Virus record (IMG/VR): IMGVR_UViG_3300025018_000098 | Location: 32,001 to 96,000 of that record | Source of the DNA: a virus | Reading direction: 5' to 3' (one strand) | DNA: 64,000 bases | Shown here: positions 46,684 through 54,979 of the stretch, in pieces | Layout: every line of letters begins with the position of its first letter | Position numbering within the stretch: position 1 is the first letter of the stretch | The notes under the pieces: model-generated | What the model was told of the DNA's origin: nothing | The model's database searches: none | What the model saw: only the letters and a program-made list of their open reading frames with translations | Program-made: the position numbers and the translations under genes

Positions 46684-46717
46684 GAGAATAGAGAGGGCTG
46701 GGGCCCTCTCTATTCTC
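46684..46717 (-). terminator. 15-bp perfect hairpin terminator
   Basis: GAGAATAGAGAGGGC-tggg-GCCCTCTCTATTCTC; on the minus strand followed by GTTTG. Confidence 0.75.
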
Positions 46718-46868
46718 AGTGTTGTTCGTAGGCGTACGGGAGGAGAGCGCGGGTGCGCTCTCCGTCGTAGGGATCCGGAGCCAGCCGAAGCTGGATATCC
46801 TCATCCTGCTCATCCCACTCCTCGTCTAGGACGGGCGGGACGTATACGTTGACCTCGTGGTACTTCAT
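46716..46868 (-). CDS. Small acidic protein, 50 aa
   Basis: ATGA-coupled; MKYHEVNVYVPPVLDEEWDEQDEDIQLRLAPDPYDGERTRALLPYAYEQH. Confidence 0.55.
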   Translation of the reverse strand: MKYHEVNVYVPPVLDEEWDEQDEDIQLRLAPDPYDGERTRALLPYAYEQH

Positions 46869-47023
46869 ACCACCAGCCCCAGCACTTGACGTGCCGCGCG
46901 AATGTCACGCGCTCTCTTGTTATCCAGGCTGAACTCGCAGAGGCGTACCCCCCGCGCATCCGGCTTGCAGTAGGCCACCTCTATGGCGGCCTGCCGCAGC
47001 ATGCCCTCGAGTAGCTTGATCAT
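46865..47023 (-). CDS. Small hypothetical protein, 52 aa
   Basis: ATG 1 nt after upstream stop, AAGGG upstream. Confidence 0.55.
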   Translation of the reverse strand: MIKLLEGMLRQAAIEVAYCKPDARGVRLCEFSLDNKRARDIRAARQVLGLVV

Positions 47024-47024
47024 C

Positions 47025-47291
47025 TCAGCCCTTCTTGTCCTTGAGGCTCGCGGCGGCCTGCAGAGCACTGCCGATGAAGATGCCAAGCATCCCCGCGGCT
47101 ACTACGTCCTCACCACGAGGGCCCCGCGCCACCATGACGAGGCGTGGCGGGAACATGCTCACCGCCGCGGCCTCCTCTCGGATGAGAGCGTCATCCAGGT
47201 CGCGTCGCGCTTGGCGCAGATCCCGGTCCAGCTGCTCCCTCTTGGCTTCGAGGCAGCGGACTTGAGCTCGGGCTTCGTACTTGTTCATCAT
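47025..47291 (-). CDS. Hypothetical protein, 88 aa (coiled coil plus hydrophobic segment)
   Basis: AAGGA SD; first gene after class A variant. Confidence 0.65.
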   Translation of the reverse strand: MMNKYEARAQVRCLEAKREQLDRDLRQARRDLDDALIREEAAAVSMFPPRLVMVARGPRGEDVVAAGMLGIFIGSALQAAASLKDKKG

Positions 47292-47326
47292 TTGTTGATC
47301 CTTCTGGGCGTAGGCGCCCTGTTTCC

Positions 47327-47344
47327 TTCACCTTGCTCATAGGT
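47327..47344 (-). promoter_or_regulatory. Class A promoter variant
   Basis: ACCTATGAGCAAGGTGAA in intergenic DNA. Confidence 0.65.
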
Positions 47345-47359
47345 GAACGGGACCAAAGA

Positions 47360-47866
47360 TTAGCAATCATCCTCTTCTGACCCGCTCTCCTTAGGTCGAA
47401 AGGCTGCATCTGGGTCTGGTTGAGGATCCAACCCGGTGGCGACGTGCTGAGCACCCTCTGCGCCTGGTGGAGTAGCGGGACTCGAGCTCTCATCTGCTCG
47501 AAATGTTTGTGGGGGATCTGCCTGTGGAGCCTCTCCAGTGATGGTGTGCTGGGCTGACACCTCTCCTGATGCGTCGGGCTGCGGCGCCCACTCATCTAGT
47601 CGTGCAGCCCTGGGAGGATCCGCCTGAGGGTTCTCTCCGGTGGCGAGGTGCTGCGCGGAGATCGGACGCTCATCATCCGGGCAATGGAAGGATGAGAGCT
47701 CTCGAGCGTACCCAGGTCCTGTTGGGTAGAACTGAACCGTAGTGACATCGTACGCGTAGAGCTGTACCTCCGCCAGTTCTACTAGAAGGGTCAGCAGCGC
47801 CGTAGAGTCGTGTTCCAGACCCTGCGTGAGCACGCCTCCCCGGGTGTTGAGGCCCTGCGTGATCAC
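47360..47866 (-). CDS. Protein with three ~33-aa tandem repeats
   Basis: AQHLATGENPQADPP / AQHTITGEAPQADPP / AQHVATGLDPQPDPD. Confidence 0.65.
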   Translation of the reverse strand: MITQGLNTRGGVLTQGLEHDSTALLTLLVELAEVQLYAYDVTTVQFYPTGPGYARELSSFHCPDDERPISAQHLATGENPQADPPRAARLDEWAPQPDASGEVSAQHTITGEAPQADPPQTFRADESSSPATPPGAEGAQHVATGLDPQPDPDAAFRPKESGSEEDDC

Positions 47867-48492
47867 GAGGTCACCAGTGCACCTGCGCCACGCTTGGTCT
47901 GCACCCCGGTGCTCGTCTCCACGTCCTCCCCACCGTCAGTAGTGAGATCCCAGGACCGAAGCTCGGTGACGCCGTCGTCGTCGAAAAGCACAAGACGCTG
48001 ACCCGCGATGTCCACCTCGAGGCGGTTGTCCGTGATCTTGCGGATGAGCGTGACCGCTGCGACTAGGCTAGCCGCTGTGCCGTGCGCCCACACCGCGGTG
48101 GCCACGTCCCCAGCGCTTGCGTCCGCAGTCGAAATGGCCTGGGTCAGCGAGCTCGTGACCAGTCGAATCTGCGTGGAAAACACACCGAGCGTTCCGGCGA
48201 ATAGCGGGTCCCCACTGCCTACTGGGTAGAGGTTGCCTGCCAGTGTGAGTGTGTGGCTCGCCTCACGTGGGCGAATCAACCAACCATCCGTGGTGTTCAG
48301 GAAGAAGTATGAACCCACGAACACACCACCCCCGATAGGTTCTCCGCCAATAGTGGTGAACGCCTCTGGGAATGGCGCTCCGGTCCCGGCGAAGACCCAG
48401 TCCTTCCAGGCGTCGTAGATGTCGGTCACGGCGACTGCGTCGCCGTCCGCCGCCTCTAGGATGATGAGCCTGTTGGGTCCGTCAAAGATCAT
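47863..48492 (-). CDS. Virion structural protein, 209 aa
   Basis: ATGA-coupled in structural operon; beta-rich; VATAVW motif. Confidence 0.65.
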   Translation of the reverse strand: MIFDGPNRLIILEAADGDAVAVTDIYDAWKDWVFAGTGAPFPEAFTTIGGEPIGGGVFVGSYFFLNTTDGWLIRPREASHTLTLAGNLYPVGSGDPLFAGTLGVFSTQIRLVTSSLTQAISTADASAGDVATAVWAHGTAASLVAAVTLIRKITDNRLEVDIAGQRLVLFDDDGVTELRSWDLTTDGGEDVETSTGVQTKRGAGALVTS

Positions 48493-51050
48493 GGGTTCCC
48501 GTACTGCCTATCCCGCTGCTGCTGAACCGAGAGGGTGACGTCATCCGTGATGGCGACGTCGGTGAACCTCAGGTTCTTGTAGCCCAACGAAACGACTGCG
48601 ACGTTGACCAGGGGATACGCCACAGAATCGATCTCCAGTGAGAACGTGCCCCCGGTGATGACCTCCTGTCCGTCGAGTTCCACCAACGGGTTCGCGGCGT
48701 CGTAAACCCGCACTTCGCTGGGGTTCTTCAGGCCGTTGACCGTTAGGGTATATGTCTCGAGCGGGTAGAAGTTCGCAGCCTGATCCGCGAGCGTGGTCGT
48801 AGTCAGGACAGCGAAGCCGGAGATGGCGCTATCGCTTGCCGACGCGGTGCATGTGATCCGCACCTTGAACCCGAACCCTGCCGGGCTGATGGTCTCAGCC
48901 GAAAGGTTTGCGCCTGAGATAGTCGTCCAGCTTCCGCTGAACCCAGAACCCGTGTCGAGGTCGTACTCGAAGGTGTACGTGCCGCCTCCCACTACGTCCT
49001 CCTCGTGCGCTAGGTTGGCGAAGCCCGTATGGCCCTTGATGCTGTAAGGCCAAGTGTAGACAACTTGGTCCCCGGCGGTACGCATCAGCAGATCTCCGAT
49101 GCCGTTCCAGATCGGTGTCCCTGACGTGATCTCGACGTCTGCCAAGTGGAACGTACCACGGTCGTTGAACAACAACCCAAGAGCCCCTGTAGTGTCCGAC
49201 TTGAAGTAGTCGAGAAAGCAGGTGCCCACGACATTGTTCATGTCGCCCTCTACTCCCGTGCCCGTGTCGACGGACCCCGACGCTCCATGCATCCCCTTCA
49301 TCAGGGCGCGTGAAGCATCTATCTCGATCTCCTTTGCGTAGCTCCCTGAGCAGTTCTCGATCAGGATGTCCGAAGCAGCGTTCATCGTGTTGATCGCCGA
49401 AATGCCAGAGATGTTGTCGTACCAAAGTCTCTTGAGCTTGAGGTTGCTACACACGCCGTTGGTGTTGACGACGTAGGTTATCTTCCCCTCCCCGTCGATC
49501 TTCGCCGTAATCTCCCCGTGGTTGTATATCCGCACGTTGTTCGAGTCGACTACGTAGTAGAGCTGCCCTTCTGAGTGCTTGGCTCCTCCGGTAGCGAGCC
49601 GACCGCTGCGCACTGTCACATCTGAGGACCCCGTGAAGTACGCCGCCATCGTGGCGTTGGGCTCAGTCGTGCCGCGCCCAGGAACATGTCCGTAGATAAG
49701 CTCGTCTATCTCTAGCCCGACACACCCCGACGTCGCGTTTAGGTAGCAGCCGATCATAATCAGCGTCTCAGCCCGAAAGTTTGAGACGATGGTCAGATTA
49801 CACCGAGTAGTGTTCTCGTCCTGTCTCGGCACAACCAGCTTGACCACTCCTTCGTAAAACACGTTGGCTGATGTGGTGACACTTAGCGCTGCTGCGTTGC
49901 TTCCAGCACTACCAGCACAAACAACAACGTTCCGCAGCGTCAGACCGCCTGTGTTGTCGAGTATGCCTGGAGTAGTCAGTGGGCCCACGGCGTAGTTGGC
50001 TGCGCACCCAGGGCCAAAGTAGCAGTTGTCGATCAACACATCTGCATTGACGTTATTGACGGTGTTGCCGCTCACGCCGAGTCCCCAGCAAGAATCCGTC
50101 ACTACGGTTGTACTTGTGCCCCGCATTTCGAAGGAGACCGAAGACCCATTCATGTGGTCTACGAACACGTTGACGCTCACAAGAGGCGGGACGACGCGGA
50201 TGTAGTCGTTGAGTACGGCTGTGTTTATCTCTGTGTCAGGGGTCGCTAGCGTGGTTGTGCCTAGGTGGACGTTAGGAATACGGATCCTGGCGCCGCTGGG
50301 AGGCACTCCACCATTCACCGAGTTGTAGAACGTCAGCGTAGAGGTTCCTACAACTTGGCTAAACACAAAACCCGACTCGAAGGTGTTCCCAAAGTCGTCG
50401 GGATCTGAGTAGGCTGCTGAGCCACTCACGTTTATGCGGTGCCAGATCTGGAAGACCCCTGTACCACTTCCCGTCTCCACCCACACCGCGGGTTGGTGCC
50501 CCTCGTGGGGGAGCGTGAACACCTGGTTGTCCGTGCCGTCACCTAGCCCGACTTCATACCAGTCTCCGGTGACAGTGAACGTCGACCGCGCGTCGATCGC
50601 GACCCAGTTACTGTCCTCTCCGTAGACGATCAGGTACCCAATCTTTGACGCGTCACAGGTCGCTGCCCAGCCGCCGCTTACGAAGGAGTCCGCTGCGGCT
50701 GGGGGCGTAGACCCCGCGTCCATGGTGAGCGTCAGCGTCCCCGCCGCCGCGACACCTGCATTCAGCCTGACCACCTTTCCTGTGTCTGCTCCGCCGTTCC
50801 AGGAGATTGCATCGAGAACTGCAGGCAAGGCACCTGTGCCGCTGGAGTATTCGACCTCGTATGTGCGCGACCCATCAATCCGCACTTCTCCATCTGTGCA
50901 CGTGATGATGCCCAAGATGCCCATAGGCGTCAGGTGCGGCATCGAGTCGATAGTGAGTACCGCCCCCGTGTTGGTTGTGATATTCTCGCCCGCGCCACGG
51001 CCTGTCAGGGCGTCGTGGTTCGTGTCTACGCTGATGGTCTGGTTGGCCAT
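48489..51050 (-). CDS. Large beta-rich virion protein, 853 aa (fibre/decoration-like, probable beta-helix)
   Basis: GAGGTG SD; G/T/N/V-rich composition. Confidence 0.65.
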   Translation of the reverse strand: MANQTISVDTNHDALTGRGAGENITTNTGAVLTIDSMPHLTPMGILGIITCTDGEVRIDGSRTYEVEYSSGTGALPAVLDAISWNGGADTGKVVRLNAGVAAAGTLTLTMDAGSTPPAAADSFVSGGWAATCDASKIGYLIVYGEDSNWVAIDARSTFTVTGDWYEVGLGDGTDNQVFTLPHEGHQPAVWVETGSGTGVFQIWHRINVSGSAAYSDPDDFGNTFESGFVFSQVVGTSTLTFYNSVNGGVPPSGARIRIPNVHLGTTTLATPDTEINTAVLNDYIRVVPPLVSVNVFVDHMNGSSVSFEMRGTSTTVVTDSCWGLGVSGNTVNNVNADVLIDNCYFGPGCAANYAVGPLTTPGILDNTGGLTLRNVVVCAGSAGSNAAALSVTTSANVFYEGVVKLVVPRQDENTTRCNLTIVSNFRAETLIMIGCYLNATSGCVGLEIDELIYGHVPGRGTTEPNATMAAYFTGSSDVTVRSGRLATGGAKHSEGQLYYVVDSNNVRIYNHGEITAKIDGEGKITYVVNTNGVCSNLKLKRLWYDNISGISAINTMNAASDILIENCSGSYAKEIEIDASRALMKGMHGASGSVDTGTGVEGDMNNVVGTCFLDYFKSDTTGALGLLFNDRGTFHLADVEITSGTPIWNGIGDLLMRTAGDQVVYTWPYSIKGHTGFANLAHEEDVVGGGTYTFEYDLDTGSGFSGSWTTISGANLSAETISPAGFGFKVRITCTASASDSAISGFAVLTTTTLADQAANFYPLETYTLTVNGLKNPSEVRVYDAANPLVELDGQEVITGGTFSLEIDSVAYPLVNVAVVSLGYKNLRFTDVAITDDVTLSVQQQRDRQYGNP

Positions 51051-51058
51051 GCGTCACC

Positions 51059-52478
51059 TCAGTAGGTACGCTCGAGGCCCGAGACAGCCGCTGCCGTGTT
51101 GGTTGTCGAGCGTGTCAGCGTGACTGTCGCGCGCGGCGCGTACTGCGCGCCTGTGAGGCCAATGGCGACCACCACAACGTCAGCGTCTGTCCCCGGAGTA
51201 CGTCCTCCCTGCGCGTTCCCATCGTAGTCGAAGGTGTGTACGATGGACGTAGCCCCCGAGACGTTCCCGGCCATTGGGTTCGAGTCGAAGTCTTCCACGA
51301 TCTGCGCCCCGGCTTCTCCAAAGTCGTTACCCGCACCAGGTAGCGTTGCGAAGTAGACCCAGTACTTCGCCGCGGCATCAGCCACCAGGTTTGCGCCAAA
51401 GCTGATGGTGAGGGTCGCGACGTACGGGTTGACACGCTCTGCGCCAGTGTTGTCCGTGACGACTATACGGTTCGTGTCCGCGGTGACGTAGTTGTCTACA
51501 AATACACCACCACCACCGCCGGAGAGATTCGTCGTCAGCGTCGTGTAGAGGACATCACCCACAAATAGCGACAATGCCGCGGCGGTCTCGCCGATGACCG
51601 TCCCTGCACCAGCGTCGATGTCCACGGTTTGGCGCAACGACCACTGCATGAACTCGTAGATCTCTTCTACGGTGGCACCGTTGCCCTCAACGATGACACC
51701 GAAGTTGTAGGAGACGCCCCCCACAAAACGCGCCTGTGGCGCTGCGTAGTACGTGATGGACATGCCCGAGTACGGCGCAACATCAGCTACGCCGTTCGAG
51801 TCGGCGTCGATCTGCACATCTGTATGTGTGATTCGGGCATCCGCACGTGTCGTCAGTGGGAATCGGTAAACCTGCCCCCGCCAGTGAGGTCACGCCGATG
51901 TCAGTCAGGTCCGACGCAGAGTAGGTGTCTCCTTGCTGTCGCGCGTAGAGATTCAGCGCGCCGCGTAGGTCGTAGCCATCGCCGTAGGCCCCGTCACCAT
52001 TTGGGTCGCTCAGGATCTGGATGGCCTGGTCGACTGAGCCTGTCAGGGCAAAGTCCGTGGCTGATCCCCCGGCCTGTAGGTAGTAGACCTGGGTCCCCGG
52101 CTCGAGCGCACCGAGCGTGATGATTCCAGCCCACTGCTGCGTCACGTTGCCCGAGGTGTCCCGCACCGTCCAGCCCGCGCGCCGCACAAGCTCGCGTGTC
52201 GCGTCGGAGTCCCAGTCCCACCCGTCCACGAGCTCAAAGCTCTCGTCGCCGAGGGGCTCAAAGGGGAACGGGAACGCAGCCAGGTTCTTGGTCAGCGGGT
52301 CGTCGTGCCACTGTTCCTTGAGGAACGAGTAGACCGCCCGGCCCGTGACGCCATCCGTGGACAGAGCCCCGGAGATGTTGAGCTTGATCCTCAGGGTGGA
52401 CGTGTTGATGAACACCTCCTGTGAAGAGTCGTCGGCGAGGGAGTCCGCGAGATCGTCAGGGTCAATGATGAGCGCCAT
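51059..52478 (-). pseudogene. Virion structural protein (~472 aa) split by a 1-nt frameshift at a G5 run
   Basis: Track ORFs 51783..52478 and 51059..51817 join if one G is removed at 51875-51879: IGVTSLAG|QVYRFPLTTRADARITHTDVQIDAD. Confidence 0.7.
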
Positions 52479-52484
52479 GCGGCC

Positions 52485-52493
52485 AGTCTACCA
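52485..52493 (-). promoter_or_regulatory. Class B extended -10 (TGGTAGACT)
   Basis: 6 nt before ATG 52478; no SD. Confidence 0.75.
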
Positions 52494-52516
52494 TTGTGGC
52501 GCCATATTGGGGATCC

Positions 52517-52954
52517 CTAGCGAACGGAGAGCGCCCCCGGCGTAGGGTACTCAACAAGTAGGTCCCTGCCCGTAGTAGAGATAGGTGCCACGAACCCCAA
52601 GTGAGCCACAAGAGGATCATTGCCTGGGGTTGTGTCATCCCCACCAACCTGTCGGTAGAGGATAGCTCCAGCAGGAGTCACGCCGGACAGGGCCGGGAAG
52701 AGGGTGCTGGCTGCACGGAGTAGAGCTCGGTCCCCCATCAGGTCGATCGCGACCGTCCGACTTACCACGTCCTGTCGAGCGTACGTCCCGCCGACCACTT
52801 CGAACGCCAGGACATCAGCCACAGTCGTGTGAGCTGCATTGAAGATGTACCCAGCAGCCACAAGCATGCAGCGAAAGGTCCTCGAGCCGTCAGACCATCC
52901 AAGGGCGTCGGTAGCCAGGAGGTACTTCGCCTGTGTGTACACAGAGGATGCCAC
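52517..52954 (-). CDS. Small virion/tail protein, 145 aa
   Basis: Pattern typical of phage minor tail domains (RCMLV..Y.F...H....DV...EV.GGTY). Confidence 0.6.
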   Translation of the reverse strand: MASSVYTQAKYLLATDALGWSDGSRTFRCMLVAAGYIFNAAHTTVADVLAFEVVGGTYARQDVVSRTVAIDLMGDRALLRAASTLFPALSGVTPAGAILYRQVGGDDTTPGNDPLVAHLGFVAPISTTGRDLLVEYPTPGALSVR

Positions 52955-52963
52955 GGCAAAAAA

Positions 52964-53194
52964 TCAGAGCTCCCCGGCCAGGAAGCTGGTGATGTCGTCG
53001 GTGACCAGCACCTCAGCCTCGGCAGTGTTGCTTCGGCTGAGGCGATCACTCCCAGTTCGACCACGAAGGACACTCTTCATGAAGGTCACCTCGTCCTCGA
53101 GGCGGGTCTTCTCGTAGGTGTACCAAGAGTCGAGTGCCTCCTTGAGACGGTCGAGCTTAGCGTTTCGTGCGTCAATCTGGGATTGGGTAGCCAT
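52964..53194 (-). CDS. Hypothetical protein, 76 aa
   Basis: TGATG-coupled to sigma gene. Confidence 0.65.
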   Translation of the reverse strand: MATQSQIDARNAKLDRLKEALDSWYTYEKTRLEDEVTFMKSVLRGRTGSDRLSRSNTAEAEVLVTDDITSFLAGEL

Positions 53195-54003
53195 CAGGTC
53201 TTGTCCAGGTAGGGCTTGAGCTTCTCGAAGATCCTCGAGCGCACCCGGTAGACGCGGTCAGGCCTGAGGTCTGTCTTCTTCGCGACGGCGTTTGCATCGA
53301 AGTTCTTCTTCGACAGCTGTCCGCCCGGGTACATCGCCTGAAGGACCTTGTTCTCCTCTTCGTTGAGGATCGAAGGTGCCATCGAGATGATAGTCTTGAT
53401 CTGGCTAGGGGTCTGCAGGTCCATGTCACTGCGCGTGGGATCCATCCCCGTGTAGAGCTCACGTCGGATGCCCTTCTGCATCCGCTTGACCTGGTTGAGC
53501 CCCGCGTTGCCCGGCCACTGGAGGTGCGTCTGCAGCTCTTCTGGGGAGGGATCTCTTCCGTGAATGACCTTCAGCTCGTTGAAGGCGTTGTTATACTCCT
53601 GGTAGTTCTGTGTGTCGCTCTTGGACATGCGCGCGAAGTTACGACCCTTGGCCGCGTCCTCGCTGTACCGCTGGAACTGGGTGTACACGTGGGTCTTGAG
53701 CTTCGCCCCAGCCTCCGGGTTGTACGACTTGATGCCCTTCAGCATGTACTGACGCAGCTTGGCCTCCGTCGCCCCCGTGGGGAGTGCTCCGCCGTAGCCC
53801 GCGCTGTACCCCCTGGCCTTGGCCCTGACGAGCGGCTCCATGCTCGTCATCAAGGGGAGGAGATGTTTGTCTTGGCGCCCGTTCTGGTCCCACTTGTGCC
53901 AGAGGTCATGTTCCTTGCTCTCACGACCTTTGACCTCAGCGTACCGACCAGCACGGGCCGCCTGGTTGAACGCCTCGACACTGGCCTTCTTTTTCTTCGC
54001 CAT
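53194..54003 (-). CDS. Phage sigma-70-family factor (regions 2, 3, 4; FliA/SigF-like architecture)
   Basis: Region 2 PLVRAKARGY..MLKGIKSYNPEAGAKLKTHVY; region 3 ELKVIHGRDPSPEELQTHL; region 4 LNEEENKVL..AVAKKTDLRPDRVYRVRSRIFEKLK. Confidence 0.85.
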   Translation of the reverse strand: MAKKKKASVEAFNQAARAGRYAEVKGRESKEHDLWHKWDQNGRQDKHLLPLMTSMEPLVRAKARGYSAGYGGALPTGATEAKLRQYMLKGIKSYNPEAGAKLKTHVYTQFQRYSEDAAKGRNFARMSKSDTQNYQEYNNAFNELKVIHGRDPSPEELQTHLQWPGNAGLNQVKRMQKGIRRELYTGMDPTRSDMDLQTPSQIKTIISMAPSILNEEENKVLQAMYPGGQLSKKNFDANAVAKKTDLRPDRVYRVRSRIFEKLKPYLDKT

Positions 54004-54004
54004 C

Positions 54005-54400
54005 TCAGCTCTTGTTGCGATCCCGAAAGCGCCGAACAGCCCGCTGAGTCACCGCGGGAGACCCCGAGGTGCTTCGGACGTGCTCACCCAGGATCCGAGA
54101 CATGCTGTCGTTGTAGTCCCGAGTGGCGCCCGCGTACCCGTCGAGCGTGCGGTCAAGTGTGCCGTGCATGGTTTCATCGTGCTTGTGCGTGGTCGTGTCC
54201 GTGAACCCGTAGTCCGGGGCGAACCCCATGTCGGGCTTACCCTCCGGAGCATCAGGCGGATCCAGGGGTGCTGTCTCATTCTCGCCGGTAACGATGTCGT
54301 TGGTACCCAACTCTTGGGCCAGCTTGTGGCGTGCAAGAAGCAGCAGCGTAGGGCTCACGCTGCTGCTGTAGGCGATGTCTTCTGCGAACTTACGAATCAT
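54005..54400 (-). CDS. Hypothetical protein, 131 aa
   Basis: GGAGG SD before ATG 54400; KFA and KLA motifs. Confidence 0.65.
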   Translation of the reverse strand: MIRKFAEDIAYSSSVSPTLLLLARHKLAQELGTNDIVTGENETAPLDPPDAPEGKPDMGFAPDYGFTDTTTHKHDETMHGTLDRTLDGYAGATRDYNDSMSRILGEHVRSTSGSPAVTQRAVRRFRDRNKS

Positions 54401-54407
54401 GTTGACC

Positions 54408-54425
54408 TCCAGGTTGCTTATAGGC
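54408..54425 (-). promoter_or_regulatory. Class A promoter upstream of the sigma operon
   Basis: GCCTATAAGCAACCTGGA, intergenic. Confidence 0.78.
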
Positions 54426-54941
54426 TCATTGAGCATCGCGTTTACGAAGAAGGTCTTCTTTGACGTCCTTCGCAGCTTCGCGGATCTTGTTTTGGGCAGC
54501 GTCCGTTTCGTGCTTGCCGATAGTCTTTGCTGCCGCGGAGAACGCCTCGTTGGCGAGGTCCTTACTTCCTATGGAGGTGACCTCCTGTGCCGCCCCGCTG
54601 ATCCTGCGGTTGAGGTTCCCTGGAGTGTCTATAAACCCACGTACCCCACGACTCAGAGACTTCTTCACGGGAGACCGCAGGGCATTCAACGCCGCCTCCT
54701 CTAGTGAGTTGCGGGGCTCGACCCTCTTCTTGACCTTGTTCGTAAACTCCTGAACCTGCGCCCGCTCGTCATCTAGGTCACGGATGTCGAAGGCAATCTT
54801 CCGCAGTTCGTCGGAGAAGCTGTGGAAGACACTCGCCTCCTTACGCTTATCGTGCACCGTCTGGCTCAAGAGTGTTGAGACATTGGTGCTGATCTTGCCC
54901 TTGCGTGACTTGGGCTTTTGGCTGCCGATGCTGAAGACCAT
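54426..54941 (-). CDS. Basic protein, 171 aa, putative internal head protein
   Basis: Start moved to ATG 54941 (class B geometry); FSDELRKIA motif. Confidence 0.65.
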   Translation of the reverse strand: MVFSIGSQKPKSRKGKISTNVSTLLSQTVHDKRKEASVFHSFSDELRKIAFDIRDLDDERAQVQEFTNKVKKRVEPRNSLEEAALNALRSPVKKSLSRGVRGFIDTPGNLNRRISGAAQEVTSIGSKDLANEAFSAAAKTIGKHETDAAQNKIREAAKDVKEDLLRKRDAQ

Positions 54942-54947
54942 GGGGGG

Positions 54948-54954
54948 AGTGTAC
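54948..54954 (-). promoter_or_regulatory. Class B -10 (GTACACT)
   Basis: G-TACACT-CCCCCC-ATG. Confidence 0.7.
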
Positions 54955-54979
54955 CCCAACTCCCCAAGGTCGTACACAA

